64,000 nucleotides of DNA from an uncultured archaeon (GTDB lineage Archaea; Thermoproteota; Nitrososphaeria; Nitrososphaerales; Gagatemarchaeaceae). Below are positions 30,716 through 41,979 of this stretch, piece after piece. The stretch covers positions 672,001-736,000 of the forward strand of contig CAWCYD010000003.1 of assembly GCA_963799775.1 (NCBI GenBank), given 5' to 3'. Position 1 is the first letter of the stretch; each line of letters begins with the position of its first letter. The notes below the pieces were generated by a model, which ran no database searches, was not told the DNA's origin, and worked only from the letters and a program-made list of their open reading frames with translations. The translations under genes were made by a program, and so were the position numbers.

Positions 30716-31828
30716 CTAGCGTCTGGCCTTTGCGAGAGAGTCGGAGAGCCCTTCGAGGACTTTCGAGACCGACTGCGGGTTTGCGCCCGTGCCCATGTGG
30801 CCGATGCGGATTATCTTGCCGCTCAGACCTTCGAGGCCGTCAGCGATCATGATGTCGTGCTTCTCGAGCAGGTTCTGGCGGAGCTTCCCCGACCATTTGG
30901 GCTTTACTCTTGCCACGCTGACGGTGTTAGAATAGAAGCGCTTGTCCGTGAAGATGGGCAGTCCGAGGTCTTCAAGCCCCTTCCGGATCCGGGAGGCCGC
31001 TCTCGCATGCCTCTCGTAGCGGTTGCGCAGGCCCTCCTTCAGCACGAGGTCCGTCGCCTTGCTCAGCGCGACGATCACGGAGGTAGGCATCGAGGACGGA
31101 TAGGGATGCCCCCACGACCCGTCTACCTCGATGGACTCGCGCCAGGTGTTGAGGTCCAGGAAGAGACTGTGGATCCGCGGCTTGTTCTCGCGCGCCTTCT
31201 CCCACGCAGCCTTGCCGATGGCGACAGGCTGGGCCCCGAATATTCCCCCTATCGCCTTGCTCGCGTAGCCTATCACGTAGTCGACGCCCCAGTCGTCCAT
31301 GCGGACCTCCATCCCCCCGAAGGTGGATATCGCGTCCAGGACCGTGAGCACCCCTCTTTTCTTGCATACCTTGAAGATCTCAGAAGGAGGGCTAGCGGCC
31401 CCCGTGGATGTCTCCGTGTGGACGAGGAACAGGGCCTTTCCCGCCACGTCCTTGCCCGCATTGTCGAGTGCCGCCGCGACGTCTTCAGGCGTGGGCCCTG
31501 TTCCGAGTCTTGAGCGTATCTTGATGGCCTTCGCCCCTATGGCCTTCATCATCTTCGGGATCATGCCAGAGAAGACTCCGTTCTCGCAGACGAAACCTGT
31601 CCCCCCGCGACCGACGAGGTTCACCACCGAGGTCTCGACGGCGACCTGCCCTGGCACGGGCATGAGCAGGACGTCGTTCTTCGTCCCAAAGACGCGTTTG
31701 AGCTTCGAGGTGGTATCTTCATAGATCGGTTTCCATTCGGGGCCGTAGTGAGGGAGCACCGGCTCCGCTAGGGCCTTGAGCACCTCCGGGTCCGGCTGCG
31801 ACGGCCCGGGAATCATTAGCAATATCAT
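30716..31828 (-). CDS. Class V PLP aminotransferase (serine-pyruvate/alanine-glyoxylate type)
   Basis: LMIPGP, HTETSTG, LDAIST, ASKA, IRIGHMG. Confidence 0.9.
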   Translation of the reverse strand: MILLMIPGPSQPDPEVLKALAEPVLPHYGPEWKPIYEDTTSKLKRVFGTKNDVLLMPVPGQVAVETSVVNLVGRGGTGFVCENGVFSGMIPKMMKAIGAKAIKIRSRLGTGPTPEDVAAALDNAGKDVAGKALFLVHTETSTGAASPPSEIFKVCKKRGVLTVLDAISTFGGMEVRMDDWGVDYVIGYASKAIGGIFGAQPVAIGKAAWEKARENKPRIHSLFLDLNTWRESIEVDGSWGHPYPSSMPTSVIVALSKATDLVLKEGLRNRYERHARAASRIRKGLEDLGLPIFTDKRFYSNTVSVARVKPKWSGKLRQNLLEKHDIMIADGLEGLSGKIIRIGHMGTGANPQSVSKVLEGLSDSLAKARR

Positions 31829-31895
31829 GACATCGCTCCCTTGATTTTCTTCCGTCCCACCGTCGGACGTTATTTAAGGCTCGTCGAACGAATCG

Positions 31896-33914
31896 TCAGA
31901 TTATCGTGAGGCTCTCGTAGGCTTGCTTTACCTCCTCCACGGAGGCCTCGTCCTCCAGCGTGGCGATGTCGCCCAGCGGACGACCGTCGGCCACGGCCTT
32001 GACGACGCGCCGCATTATCTTCCCGCTCCTAGTCTTTGGAAGCTTGTTCACAAAGTAGACCTGGGCCGGCTCCGCTATCGGGCTGAAGTTGCTTCTCACC
32101 CAGGCCCGGAGCTCCCGCCTGAGCTCGTCGCTCGGTGAGAACCCCTGCTTCAGGACCACGAAGGCGATGGTGACCTCGCCCTTGATCGGGTCTGGGACGG
32201 CGACCACGGCCGCCTCGGAGGCTGCCTTGTGGGAGACGATCGAAGACTCGAGTTCGAAGGTCCCTATCCTGTGGCCGGCGACCTTGAGAACCTCGTCGGC
32301 CCTCCCGGCGACCCAGATGTAGCCGTCGTTGTCTTTCACCGCGTAGTCTCCGCAGTAGAAGTACCCTTTGGGTGCGAAGCGGTCGAAGTACTGCTTCACG
32401 TACCTCTCGGGGTCTCCCCACATCCCTGTCGGGGAGCCGGGCATGCCAGGCCACGGGTTCTTTATCACGAGCAGTCCCTTCTCTCCGTGCTTGACGGGCT
32501 CGCCCTTGTCATCCACGACCTCGGCGTCGACCCCGGGTATCGGGAGGCCGTTCGTCCCCGGCTTCATCGGGATAAGCATCAGCCCGGGCAGGTGAGCTAT
32601 CATTACCCCACCGGTCTCGGTCATCCACCACGTCGAACCGACCGGGCAGCGTCTATCCCCGACGACCTCGAACAGCCAGCGCCACGCAGAGGGGTTGATC
32701 GGCTCTCCGACGCTGTGTATGAGCCTCAGCGAGCTCCTGTCGTGCTTCCTGACAAAGTCTTCGCCGAACCTCATCTGCATCCTTGTGGCGGTCGGCGTCG
32801 TGTAGAACACGGAGACGCCGTATCTCTGTATCACCTGCCACCACCTGTCAGGCTGGGGGAAGTCTAGCGTCCCTTCGTAGACCACCGCAGTGGCTCCCTC
32901 AATCAACGGACCGAAGACGACGTAGCTGTGTCCGGTCACCCACCCGATGTCCGCCGGACACCAGTAGACGTCGCTGTCCTTGATGTCGAAGACCCACTTC
33001 ATCGTCGCGTGCAGGAGCACCGCGTATCCCCCGTTGTCATGAATCATCCCCTTTGGTTTCCCAGTGGTGCCAGACGTGTAGAGGACGTATAGCGGGTGCT
33101 CGCTCTCGAGCGGCTCGGGGGCGACCCTGGCCGAGGTCGGCACGCCCATCATGAGCTCGTCGTACCAAAAGTCCCTCCCGACGGTCATCTTCGTTTCCTT
33201 TGTGTCCAGCCGCCTGACGACGATGACCTCCTTGATCGTCTTCGTCTGCTCGAGCGCCTTGTCGGCTATCCCCTTGAGCTCCACCTGCTTCCCTCTCCTG
33301 TTCAGGCCGTCGGCAGTGACGAGCATGGTCGCCCCAAGGTCGTTTATCCTCGAGGAGAGGGCCTCCGCGCTGAACCCGCTGAACACGACGGTGAAGGTCA
33401 CGCCCAGCCTGGCCGCCGCCAGGAGGACGACGACCGCCTCGGGGATGAGAGGGAGATAGACGGCCATCCTGTCCCCTTTCTTCAGTCCAAAGTTGTTCTT
33501 TAGCAGCGACGCGAACCGGTTGACCTCTCTCCAGAGGTCGTAGTAGGTGAGCTTCCTCACCTCGGCTGGAGAACCGTCCTTCCCCAACGCCTCGCTCTCC
33601 CATATCAGAGCGACCTTGTTCTTCCTAGGTCCCTCTACATGCCTGTCGAGGGCGAGATGGGAGAGGTTCAGCCTCCCGCCGGGGAACCACTTCGTCACGT
33701 GAGGGTGGTCCCCCGTGGCCATGACCTTGTCCCAAGGCTTCGACCAGGGCAGCTCCCTGGCTACGCTGTCCCACTGGGCGGCCGCTCCCTCGACCGACGA
33801 GGCGTGCATCGCCTGATACCTCTTGACGTCCACGCTCCTCTCGGACCAGTTTGGGAGTTCGATCCTCTCATCGAAGGGGAGGGACTCGCCCAGGATCTCG
33901 GTCTCTCCTGTCAA
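31896..33914 (-). CDS. acs: AMP-forming acetyl-CoA synthetase
   Basis: YTSGTTGKPKG, ADIGWVTGHSY, SVGEPIN, WWMTETGG, GRADEV, LPKTRSGKIMRR. Confidence 0.95.
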   Translation of the reverse strand: MTGETEILGESLPFDERIELPNWSERSVDVKRYQAMHASSVEGAAAQWDSVARELPWSKPWDKVMATGDHPHVTKWFPGGRLNLSHLALDRHVEGPRKNKVALIWESEALGKDGSPAEVRKLTYYDLWREVNRFASLLKNNFGLKKGDRMAVYLPLIPEAVVVLLAAARLGVTFTVVFSGFSAEALSSRINDLGATMLVTADGLNRRGKQVELKGIADKALEQTKTIKEVIVVRRLDTKETKMTVGRDFWYDELMMGVPTSARVAPEPLESEHPLYVLYTSGTTGKPKGMIHDNGGYAVLLHATMKWVFDIKDSDVYWCPADIGWVTGHSYVVFGPLIEGATAVVYEGTLDFPQPDRWWQVIQRYGVSVFYTTPTATRMQMRFGEDFVRKHDRSSLRLIHSVGEPINPSAWRWLFEVVGDRRCPVGSTWWMTETGGVMIAHLPGLMLIPMKPGTNGLPIPGVDAEVVDDKGEPVKHGEKGLLVIKNPWPGMPGSPTGMWGDPERYVKQYFDRFAPKGYFYCGDYAVKDNDGYIWVAGRADEVLKVAGHRIGTFELESSIVSHKAASEAAVVAVPDPIKGEVTIAFVVLKQGFSPSDELRRELRAWVRSNFSPIAEPAQVYFVNKLPKTRSGKIMRRVVKAVADGRPLGDIATLEDEASVEEVKQAYESLTII

Positions 33915-34036
33915 GGCCCGAGCTTCTAGCCTTCCGTTGAGATATTAAGGTTCCAGCCGGTCAGCAACCTATATCTCGCGGTCGTTCTCGCGCGAGGTTG
34001 CCTCTTGCCCTTCGACCTCTCACGCGCCACGGGATC

Positions 34037-34834
34037 GTGCTGACCTTGGAGACCGTGCCCGTCGACCTGCAGGCCGCCCTGAGGCTCGTCCACCTCGTCA
34101 AGTCCTACGGAGACGTGAAGGCAGTGCGAGGGATCGACCTCACGGTGGGCAAAGGAGAGATCCTGGGCCTCCTGGGACCGAACGGCAGCGGCAAGTCCAC
34201 GACGATGAAGATGGTCCTCGGGATCCTGAAACAGGACTCGGGGGAGGTCTACATCCTGGGAGAGAGGCTCTCCGACGCGCCCCTGGAGCTGAAGAAGAAG
34301 ATGGGGTATGTCCCTGAGACCCCGCAGGTCTACGAGTTCCTCACAGGGATAGAGTACATCGACTTTGTGGCTGAGATGTACGGGGTTCCCCCCTCGGAGA
34401 GGAGGGACCGCATCTCTCAGTTCCTGACGGGCCTCCAGCTCGCGGGGCACGAGAACGAGCTCATCAGCGGCTACTCGCAGGGGATGAAGCAGAAGGTCGC
34501 GATAATCTCCGCTCTCGTACACAAGCCAAAGATCCTGGTCATGGACGAGGCGCTGAACGGGCTCGACCCCCGCTCGGCCCGCCTGGTGAAAGACCTTCTC
34601 AGGCAGCTCGCGAGCGAAGGCATCTCGATACTTTTCAGCACCCATGTTCTCGAGATCGCGCAGGCGCTCTGCGACAAGGTGGCGATAATGTATCAGGGGA
34701 CAATCCTTGCGCTGGGAACGGTCGCCGAGCTCCGGCAGACGGCGGGCCTCCCCGGTTCCACGCTGGAGGAGGTCTTCCTGAAGATGACAGGAACCGACAA
34801 CATAACCGAGGTCGTCAAGGAGCTGTCCAGATGA
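34037..34834 (+). CDS. ABC transporter ATP-binding protein
   Basis: GPNGSGKST, YSQGMKQK, MDEALNGLD, STH. Confidence 0.93.
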   Translation: MLTLETVPVDLQAALRLVHLVKSYGDVKAVRGIDLTVGKGEILGLLGPNGSGKSTTMKMVLGILKQDSGEVYILGERLSDAPLELKKKMGYVPETPQVYEFLTGIEYIDFVAEMYGVPPSERRDRISQFLTGLQLAGHENELISGYSQGMKQKVAIISALVHKPKILVMDEALNGLDPRSARLVKDLLRQLASEGISILFSTHVLEIAQALCDKVAIMYQGTILALGTVAELRQTAGLPGSTLEEVFLKMTGTDNITEVVKELSR

Positions 34835-34847
34835 GGTCGGCCGGGCA

Positions 34848-36521
34848 GTGTCAAGGCTAGGCAGGATCTACGCCATCGCTGACACGCTCTCAAAGTCCCA
34901 GCTTCGAGCGGGAAGAGCGGGGAGGGGGAGCGCGAACCTCTTCAGGAACCCGGCGATACTCGGCGTCATCGACGTGGTCTGCTTCGTCGTCTTCGCGCTT
35001 GTAGGCTACGGGATCATGCGTCTGGTCTCGACGCTGCCGCAGTCGGTGAGTGCCACGGTCGTGACGGCCCTCTTGGAGAGCTTGGTGTTCGTGCCTGCTC
35101 TCATACCGGGGGTGGTTCTCATCGCCGGCGTCCTCTTCGAGATGAGCTCGTCATCGAAGTTCGCCTCCAGCGACTCGATAAACTGGCTGCCCGTCACGCA
35201 GGTGGAGTACGTGACGGCGTCGACCCTCTCTGTCGCGTTCAACTACTCGGTCGTCCCGTCGGTCATACTCGGGCTGACCCTCTGGCCCGCTGTGAGCCTC
35301 GGCCACGGCGCGACATGGGTAGATGTCCTGATACTCAGCAGCGTCTCCCTGTTCTACGGCGGCGCGATAGTGGAGATACTCCGCGCTGCGGTCAACAGGA
35401 TGAGCACGGTGGTCATGCAGCGTGCACGGCGAGGAGCCCTGGTGCTGAGGCTCGTCGTGATGGTACTCGTCATCCTCGCGTTCCAGGTCATTTTCAACTT
35501 CTACTTCCTCGTCGACCTCATCAACAGCTTCAGCTCCTCGCTTAGCCTCGCAGCGTTCCTGCCGATCCTCTGGGCGTCCCTCGCCGTCAAGGCGAGCTTG
35601 GCGGGGGACGTCCTCCAGACCGTCGTCTACTCGGCCGCGACGTTCGGGTTCGCTGCCGCGATGCTCTGGGTCGCGGTCAAGGTGAGGTCGAGATACTGGT
35701 CGCCGACGCCTTCGCAGGTGACCGTGACTCACCGCGAGTACGTCCCCGGCGCCGGATCCGGTTTCGGGCTCTCAGTGTTGGGGCTAGGTCCGGTCGAGGT
35801 GACGCTCGTGAAGAAAGACCTCAAGGGCCTGATCAGGCGCCGGGAACTGCTCCAGTACTTCGCAATCCCGTTCGTCATGGGGATAGTCTTCCTCCTCCAG
35901 TTCACCTTCAATCCCGCCCTCAGTAGCGGTGCGGCGGCAGCCCAGACCCCGGCGTTCGTGAGCCAGCTGCCGGTCTGGTTCGTAGGGGGCTTCTTCGGGC
36001 TCATAATCTCCTCCATAAGCTACGGGCAGGAGCAGAAGTCCGCCTCGATGCTCTATGCGCTTCCCTTGACCGCGAAGCAGATCATGCGCGCCAAGCTCTT
36101 CGTGGCCCTCCTCCTCCCGATGGTGGCGACGGTGGGGATCTTCGCGATCATCGCCTTCCTCACGAGACCGCCGCCCTTGATCGTAGCGGAGGATTTCGCC
36201 ATCGCGGTCGCGATAACTGTGGAGGAGGTCTGCCTCGGGCTCGCCTTCGGGGCAAGATACCCCGACTTTCAAGAGCGCCCCAGGCCCAGGTTCGTGGATC
36301 CCATCGGCATCCTGATCCTCGTGATCCTGGGGCTTGTCGTGATGTTCTTGACCGCGCTGCCGGTCATCCTGATCGACATCCTGTCCTCGTTCTCAGGTGC
36401 CCAGTCGCAGGTGCAACCGCTCTTCCTCGTGGCGCTGGCCTTCGCCGTCGCGGTGGTCGGCCTCTCCTACAGCTTCGCGACCCGCCAGACGAAGAAGCTC
36501 TTCACCGAGTTCAAGTGGTGA
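34848..36521 (+). CDS. ABC exporter permease (large, internally duplicated ABC-2 type)
   Basis: About 14 TM segments; LPVT and LPLT...AKL motifs in the two halves; follows the ABC ATPase. Confidence 0.8.
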   Translation: MSRLGRIYAIADTLSKSQLRAGRAGRGSANLFRNPAILGVIDVVCFVVFALVGYGIMRLVSTLPQSVSATVVTALLESLVFVPALIPGVVLIAGVLFEMSSSSKFASSDSINWLPVTQVEYVTASTLSVAFNYSVVPSVILGLTLWPAVSLGHGATWVDVLILSSVSLFYGGAIVEILRAAVNRMSTVVMQRARRGALVLRLVVMVLVILAFQVIFNFYFLVDLINSFSSSLSLAAFLPILWASLAVKASLAGDVLQTVVYSAATFGFAAAMLWVAVKVRSRYWSPTPSQVTVTHREYVPGAGSGFGLSVLGLGPVEVTLVKKDLKGLIRRRELLQYFAIPFVMGIVFLLQFTFNPALSSGAAAAQTPAFVSQLPVWFVGGFFGLIISSISYGQEQKSASMLYALPLTAKQIMRAKLFVALLLPMVATVGIFAIIAFLTRPPPLIVAEDFAIAVAITVEEVCLGLAFGARYPDFQERPRPRFVDPIGILILVILGLVVMFLTALPVILIDILSSFSGAQSQVQPLFLVALAFAVAVVGLSYSFATRQTKKLFTEFKW

Positions 36522-36579
36522 AAGGCCCTCTGTGCCTCGGTAAGGTTTAATCCTGAAGCGCCGACGGGATGGCAGGTAC

Positions 36580-38035
36580 TTGAAAGACGGGACATACGGG
36601 TACGACTCTTACCTCTCTCCATTCACATGGCGATATGGCAGCGAGGAGATGAGGAAGCTCTTCTCCGAGACGCAGAGGAGGGCGACCTGGAGGAAGGTCT
36701 GGCTCGGCTTGGCGGAGGCCGAGGCCGGGATGGGGCTGATCTCTGGCAAGGAGCTGGAGGGGATCAGGAAAGCGTCGAGCGAAAAAAAGGTCGACATCGG
36801 AAGAGCCCACGAGATAGAGAAGAAGATCAAGCACGACCTGATGGCGGAGCTCAGGGTCTTCGCCGATCAGGCGGAGGGCGGCGGCGGGAAGCTCCATCTG
36901 GGCGCGACGTCGATGGACATAGAGGACAACGCCGACGTGATGATGTTCGCACGCGGGCTCGAGATCGTAAGCGGGAGGCTGGTCAGCTGTCTGACGGCGG
37001 CCGCGGCCAAGGTCAAGCGGTACAAGGGGCTCGTCTGCATGGGATGGACCCATCTCCAGCCGGCCGAACCTACCACGCTCGGGTACAGGTTCGCGAACTA
37101 CGCCCAGGACACTCGTGATCGACATCCGCCTGATCGATGACCTCCGCAGGGATTTCCTAAAGGGAAAAGGGATGAAGGGGGCGGTCGGGACGTCGGCGAG
37201 CTACTCCAAGCTGCTTGGAAGCGCCGCGAAGGCCAAGCGCCTCGAGGAGGAGACGATGGGACACCTGGGTTTCCCCTTCTTCGATGTCGCCAGCCAGACG
37301 TATCCCAGGAAGTTAGACTACCTCATCCTCGCGGCTCTCGCCTCGGTGGCCGCCTCGTGCGCCAAGTTCGGGCTGGACATGAGCGGTCCCTTCAGTCTCC
37401 TGCCTTCGGAGAGCTCTCTGAGCCGATCGAGGACGAGCAGGTCGGGTCCAGCGCCATGCCGTTCAAGAGAAACCCTGTCACTGCTGAGAGGATGTGCTCG
37501 TTGGCGAGACTGGTCTCCGTGATGCCGCTGGTCGCTTTCATCAACGCCTCGAACACCATCCTCGAGAGGACGCTCGACGACTCTGCCGCGAGGAGGGTAG
37601 CGATCCCAGAGGCGTTCCTCGCTGTGGACGAGTGCTTGGCCATCTACGAGAGACTTATGACCAGACTCCGGGTTTATCCGGCGATGATAGAGAAGAACCT
37701 TGAGAGGTTCGGCGCGTTCTCTGGGACGGAGGCGGTGCTGATGGAGCTCGCCGAGAAGGGAGTGGACAGGCAGAAGGCCCACGAGGCGATCAGGGTGCGT
37801 TCCTTCGAGGCCTGGGAAGCGGTCTTGCGGGGGGAGCCGAACCCGCTCGAGGGGCTCCTCGCAAAGGACAAGCTTGTCTCTTCGAGGATCGCGAAGAAGC
37901 GGCTCGAGGTCCGTACTCGACCCGTCGAGGCACACGGGAAGGGCCGAAGATAGCTGCGACGACTTCCTGAAGAAGACGGTGGGCCCGATACTAGCCTCTC
38001 ACGGAAAGTCAAGGCCGAGCAAGGTCAGGTTCTAG
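36580..38035 (+). CDS. purB: Adenylosuccinate lyase; frameshifts near 37110, 37385, 37910
   Basis: SPFTWRYGS, HLGATSMD, THLQPAEPTT, GSSAMPFKRNP, LERTLDDSA. Confidence 0.92.
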
Positions 38036-38045
38036 AGCGGCCTTC

Positions 38046-39119
38046 CTAGGCCAACCGGACCTCGCCGAGGACCACGCCTTCGCCTCGCTGGACCGAGCCG
38101 ATCGGACGTCCCTTGAAACCCTTCTTCCTGTAGGCCTTCAGGACCTGTTCCACCTCGCTTCGAGGAGCGACGACGCAGAGCCCGACGCCCATGTTGAACG
38201 TCTTGAACATCTCGGCGTCGCTGAGGTGCCCTTCGCGCTGCAGGAGACGGAAGATGGCGGGCCTCTCGCTCGTTGGGATCGCCTTGAGCCGGAACTGGAG
38301 TCTCCGGGAGCCGGTCAGCCTTGTGAGCTTCGTGAACGCCCCGCCGGTGATGTGCGCGATCCCATGGACCTCGCTCCTCCGGAGGGCTTCGAGCGTCGGC
38401 CCTACATAGATCCTGGTGGGTCGCAGGAGCGCGTCGCCGAGGCTCTCGCCGAGCTCGGGGAGCTCCCTTTCCAAGCTCTTGCCCTTGACGATCTTCCTCG
38501 CCAGGGTGTACCCGTTCGAGTGGAGGCCGCTGCTCTCGACCCCGATGACGACGTCGCCCTCGCGTATCGAGGAGCCGTCGACCACGTCTTCCTTGCCCAC
38601 GACTCCCACTCCCATCGAGATGAGGTCGAAGCCGCAGCCATCGATGCCTTTCACGAGTTCGCTCACGATCGCGGTCTCGCCTCCCACGATGGGCGCGCCG
38701 GCCTCCCGTGCACCCGAGACCAGCCCCTTCGATAGCTCCTCGACCAGTCCGGCGTCCTCGCGCTCAAGGCTCATGTGGTCTAGGAGCGCGATGGGCTCGC
38801 AACCCAAGCAGATTAGGTCGTTGACGGTCATCGCGACGCAGTCTATCCCCACGGTGTCGTACCTCCGGAGCTGCTGCGCGACCAGCACCTTCGTCCCGAC
38901 GTTGTCGGTGTGCAGCCCGAGCAGCCTGCCGCCGCCGATGTCGATGAGGCCGGCATAGTGGCCGATTCCGATGACTGGTTCGCCGAACTTGCCCTTTCGC
39001 GTCGAGAAGGTCGCCCCGAAGGTCTTCGCCATCTCCGCCTGCATCGAGCGCACCTTGACGACGTCGACGCCGGACAGCGCATAGGCGTCCCCGCGCCGTG
39101 CCTTGTTGACGCTGGGCAA
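38046..39119 (-). CDS. purM: AIR synthase
   Basis: YALSGVD, HTDNVGTK, GIDCVAMTVNDL, GGETA, SSGLHSNGY, HITGG, TFNMGVG. Confidence 0.95.
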   Translation of the reverse strand: MPSVNKARRGDAYALSGVDVVKVRSMQAEMAKTFGATFSTRKGKFGEPVIGIGHYAGLIDIGGGRLLGLHTDNVGTKVLVAQQLRRYDTVGIDCVAMTVNDLICLGCEPIALLDHMSLEREDAGLVEELSKGLVSGAREAGAPIVGGETAIVSELVKGIDGCGFDLISMGVGVVGKEDVVDGSSIREGDVVIGVESSGLHSNGYTLARKIVKGKSLERELPELGESLGDALLRPTRIYVGPTLEALRRSEVHGIAHITGGAFTKLTRLTGSRRLQFRLKAIPTSERPAIFRLLQREGHLSDAEMFKTFNMGVGLCVVAPRSEVEQVLKAYRKKGFKGRPIGSVQRGEGVVLGEVRLA

Positions 39120-39131
39120 GGGATGGCCTCC

Positions 39132-40001
39132 CTAACCTGTGGAAAGCTTTCGGCCCGTTATGCTCTCGTAGACGTGGACGTATCTTCTGCTGACCTCGTC
39201 GATGAGTTCGCCAGGCAGCTCTGGCGGAGGCGGGACCGGGAGGCTTGCCTTTCGCGCGGCGTCCAGTTTCGCCCTGTAGCCGGAGCTTTGGAGCCAATCG
39301 CGGATGGGCTGTTTGTCGTAGCTCTCCTGCGACTTGCCGGGCGAGTAGGAGGCGGCCGGCCACATCCTGAACTCGTCCGGGCCGATGGAGTCGGCCATCA
39401 GGATGGACCCATTCCGGTCCTTTCCGAACTCTAGCTTCAGGTCGGCAAGGATGAATCCCGCTCCTTTGGCCTTGTCAGACATCCTCTGATAGACCTCGAT
39501 AGTGGACGCCTTGACCTTCTTCAGCTCGGCGTCGGTCATGAGCCCCTGCTTGATGATCTCGGCCTCGGTCAACGGCTCGTCGTGGACCTCGGACTTAGTG
39601 GTGGGGTCGAAGTAGGGGGCTGGGAGCTTAGAGGCCAACACCCTCGGGCCGGGGAGAGAGACCTCGCCCTTTGTCAGCCTCTCGAAGAGGCTCCCGTAAA
39701 GGTAGCCTCGCACGATGCACTCGACCATTATCATCTTCAGCTTCTTCACGACCATCATGTTGGGGCCCTCGAGCCTGACCATGTGGTGGGGCACCCCGAG
39801 AGTCTCGAACCAGTACGCCCCCATCTTGCAGAGCGCCTCACCCTTCTTCGGGATGCTGGTGGGGAGCACGACGTCGAAGGCGGAGACGCGGTCGGTGAAG
39901 TGGAACAAGAGATGGTCGGCGTCGAACTCGTAGATGTCCTTGACCTTCCCCGACCTCAGGAAGCGTCCGGGCGGCTTCTGGGCCTGGGCTGTCAACGCCA
40001 T
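39132..40001 (-). CDS. purC: SAICAR synthase
   Basis: GKVKDIY, TDRVSAFD, ECIVRGY, DLKLEFG, DKQ. Confidence 0.95.
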   Translation of the reverse strand: MALTAQAQKPPGRFLRSGKVKDIYEFDADHLLFHFTDRVSAFDVVLPTSIPKKGEALCKMGAYWFETLGVPHHMVRLEGPNMMVVKKLKMIMVECIVRGYLYGSLFERLTKGEVSLPGPRVLASKLPAPYFDPTTKSEVHDEPLTEAEIIKQGLMTDAELKKVKASTIEVYQRMSDKAKGAGFILADLKLEFGKDRNGSILMADSIGPDEFRMWPAASYSPGKSQESYDKQPIRDWLQSSGYRAKLDAARKASLPVPPPPELPGELIDEVSRRYVHVYESITGRKLSTG

Positions 40002-40444
40002 GCCTCCCGCATCTTCTCGATCTTTTCTCTGACGTTCTTGTCGCTCAGCGCGACTATCTCAGCTGCGAGGATGCCGGCGTTCCTGGCGTTGTCGATCCCG
40101 ACGCAAGCGACGGGGACGCCCGGGGGCATCTGGACTATCGACAGGAGAGAGTCGAGACCGTTAAGCTTAGCGTTCACCGGCACACCGATGACGGGCTTTG
40201 TCGTCGAGGCGGCTATGACCCCCGGGAGGTGGGCGGCCAGGCCCACGACCGCGATGAATATCTCCGCCTTGGATGAGGCCAGGTACCTCCTGAGGCCTTC
40301 GGGATTCCTGTGGGCAGAGAGGAACTGGACCTGGTGAGAGACCCCGAGTTCCGTCAGCGCCTTCACCGCGTCGTCGACTACCGCCTGGTCGCTCTTGCTT
40401 CCAGCGACTATCGCTACCTTGATGTTCTCCGGCATATCGCTCAC
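39992..40444 (-). CDS. purE: N5-CAIR mutase / AIR carboxylase
   Basis: GSKSD, SAHR, AAHLPG, PVIGVP, DSLLSIVQMPPGVPVA. Confidence 0.95.
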   Translation of the reverse strand: MSDMPENIKVAIVAGSKSDQAVVDDAVKALTELGVSHQVQFLSAHRNPEGLRRYLASSKAEIFIAVVGLAAHLPGVIAASTTKPVIGVPVNAKLNGLDSLLSIVQMPPGVPVACVGIDNARNAGILAAEIVALSDKNVREKIEKMREAWR

Positions 40445-41100
40445 TTCTGGCCCGGACGTTGTCTGTTTTTGAATGCTTTCGTCAGGCGGCGCGGCCTAAC
40501 GACCCTCGTATCCGTGACGATCACGTCAAGCGGGACGTCAAGACGAGACTCGGGGACGTGGGGGATCCTCTGAGATTCTAGGGCCAGGCCGACCTTCCTG
40601 ACCCCGGTCGCGCCTGCGAGCGACCTGTCGAAGTAGCCTGCCCCGTATCCGAGTCGGTGACCCTGCTCGTCCCAGGCCACGAGAGGGACGAGTATCATGT
40701 CGGCCTCCGAGATCGCGATGGGATGCGAGTGTGATGGGATCGGCTCCAGGATTCCGAAGGGGCCGGGCACGAGGTCTTCCTCGAACGATCCTATCTCGTG
40801 GAAGCTCAGCGTCCTCGAAGTCACGTTGGTGACAATAGCCGCCACCCGCTTCCCGTCTTCCAAAGCTCTCTCGACGATCGGTCGCGTCTGGACCTCGTCG
40901 GGTTTGGCGACGTATGAGATGATTTGACGTGCCCTCTGATACTCTGGAAGCGAGACCAAGTTCTTCAGCACGTTCGAGCTCAACTCGGCGAGTCGGGCGG
41001 GGTCGATCGACCGCCTCTTCAGCAAGGCCACTTCCCTCAGCTGCCGCTTCCTCTCCCAGGTGCTCAACCTCCGGCTCCTCGAGACGGCAACCGCTATCAC
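40441..41100 (-). CDS. 5-formyltetrahydrofolate cyclo-ligase
   Basis: C-terminal part of ORF 40441..42183: [28 protein letters not shown]. Confidence 0.9.
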   Translation of the reverse strand: MIAVAVSRSRRLSTWERKRQLREVALLKRRSIDPARLAELSSNVLKNLVSLPEYQRARQIISYVAKPDEVQTRPIVERALEDGKRVAAIVTNVTSRTLSFHEIGSFEEDLVPGPFGILEPIPSHSHPIAISEADMILVPLVAWDEQGHRLGYGAGYFDRSLAGATGVRKVGLALESQRIPHVPESRLDVPLDVIVTDTRVVRPRRLTKAFKNRQRPGQK

Positions 41101-41979
41101 ACCATGACCCCGCCGTGTTCCAGGCCGTTCTGGATGGCCGCGGCGATCAGGGTGTTCTCCATCAGCATGGCGACGGTCATTGGACCGACCCCTCCGGGCA
41201 CGGGCGTGATCATCGAGGCCTTCTGCGAGACTTCGTCGAACTCGGCGTCCCCTACGAGCTTGCCGTGGATCCTGTTCATCGCGACGTCTACGACGACCGC
41301 GCCGTCCTTGACCATCTCTCGCCCCAGGACGAACTCGGGACGCCGTCCGACCGCCGTGACAAGGACGTCTGCCTGCCTCGTCAGAGACACGAGATCCCGA
41401 GACTTTGAGTGACAGACCGTGACCGTGGCGTCCTGGGCAAGGAGGAGGTGCGCCAGAGGCCGGCCTACCAGGGCGCTCCGGTTGATTATCACGCACCTTG
41501 AGCCCGCGAGCGGGGACCTTGTGATGGCGCAGGAGTTCCATGATCCCCTTCGGGGTGCACGGGAGCAGCACCCCCTGGTTGTAGAACAGCCGCCCCATGT
41601 TCATAGTGGTCAGCCCGTCCACGTCCTTCTCGGGGGAGATCAGGTCTATCATCATCCTAGCGTTGAGATGGGAGGGAAGAGGAAGCTCCAGGATTATCCC
41701 GTTGACGGTCTTGTCCGAGTTGAGCTTCCGGATCAAGACGCCGAGGTCTTCGCTCAAGGATGTGCCTCTGAGGTGGTGCCCCTCGGTGGCTATTCCAAGC
41801 TCCTTCGCTGCGCGGTGCTTGCTGTCGACATAGATCTTCGATGGGGCGTCGTCGCCTACGAGGATCGTGGCGAGCTTCGGCTCCACGCCCCCGCCCATCT
41901 TCATCATCTCGGCCTCCTTTGCCAGACGGTCCCTGATCTCGTGCGCGAGTGCCCTGCCGTCCATCAAGACCGCAGTCAT
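41097..41979 (-). CDS. folD: Methylene-THF dehydrogenase/cyclohydrolase; frameshift near 41500
   Basis: [48 protein letters not shown]. Confidence 0.93.
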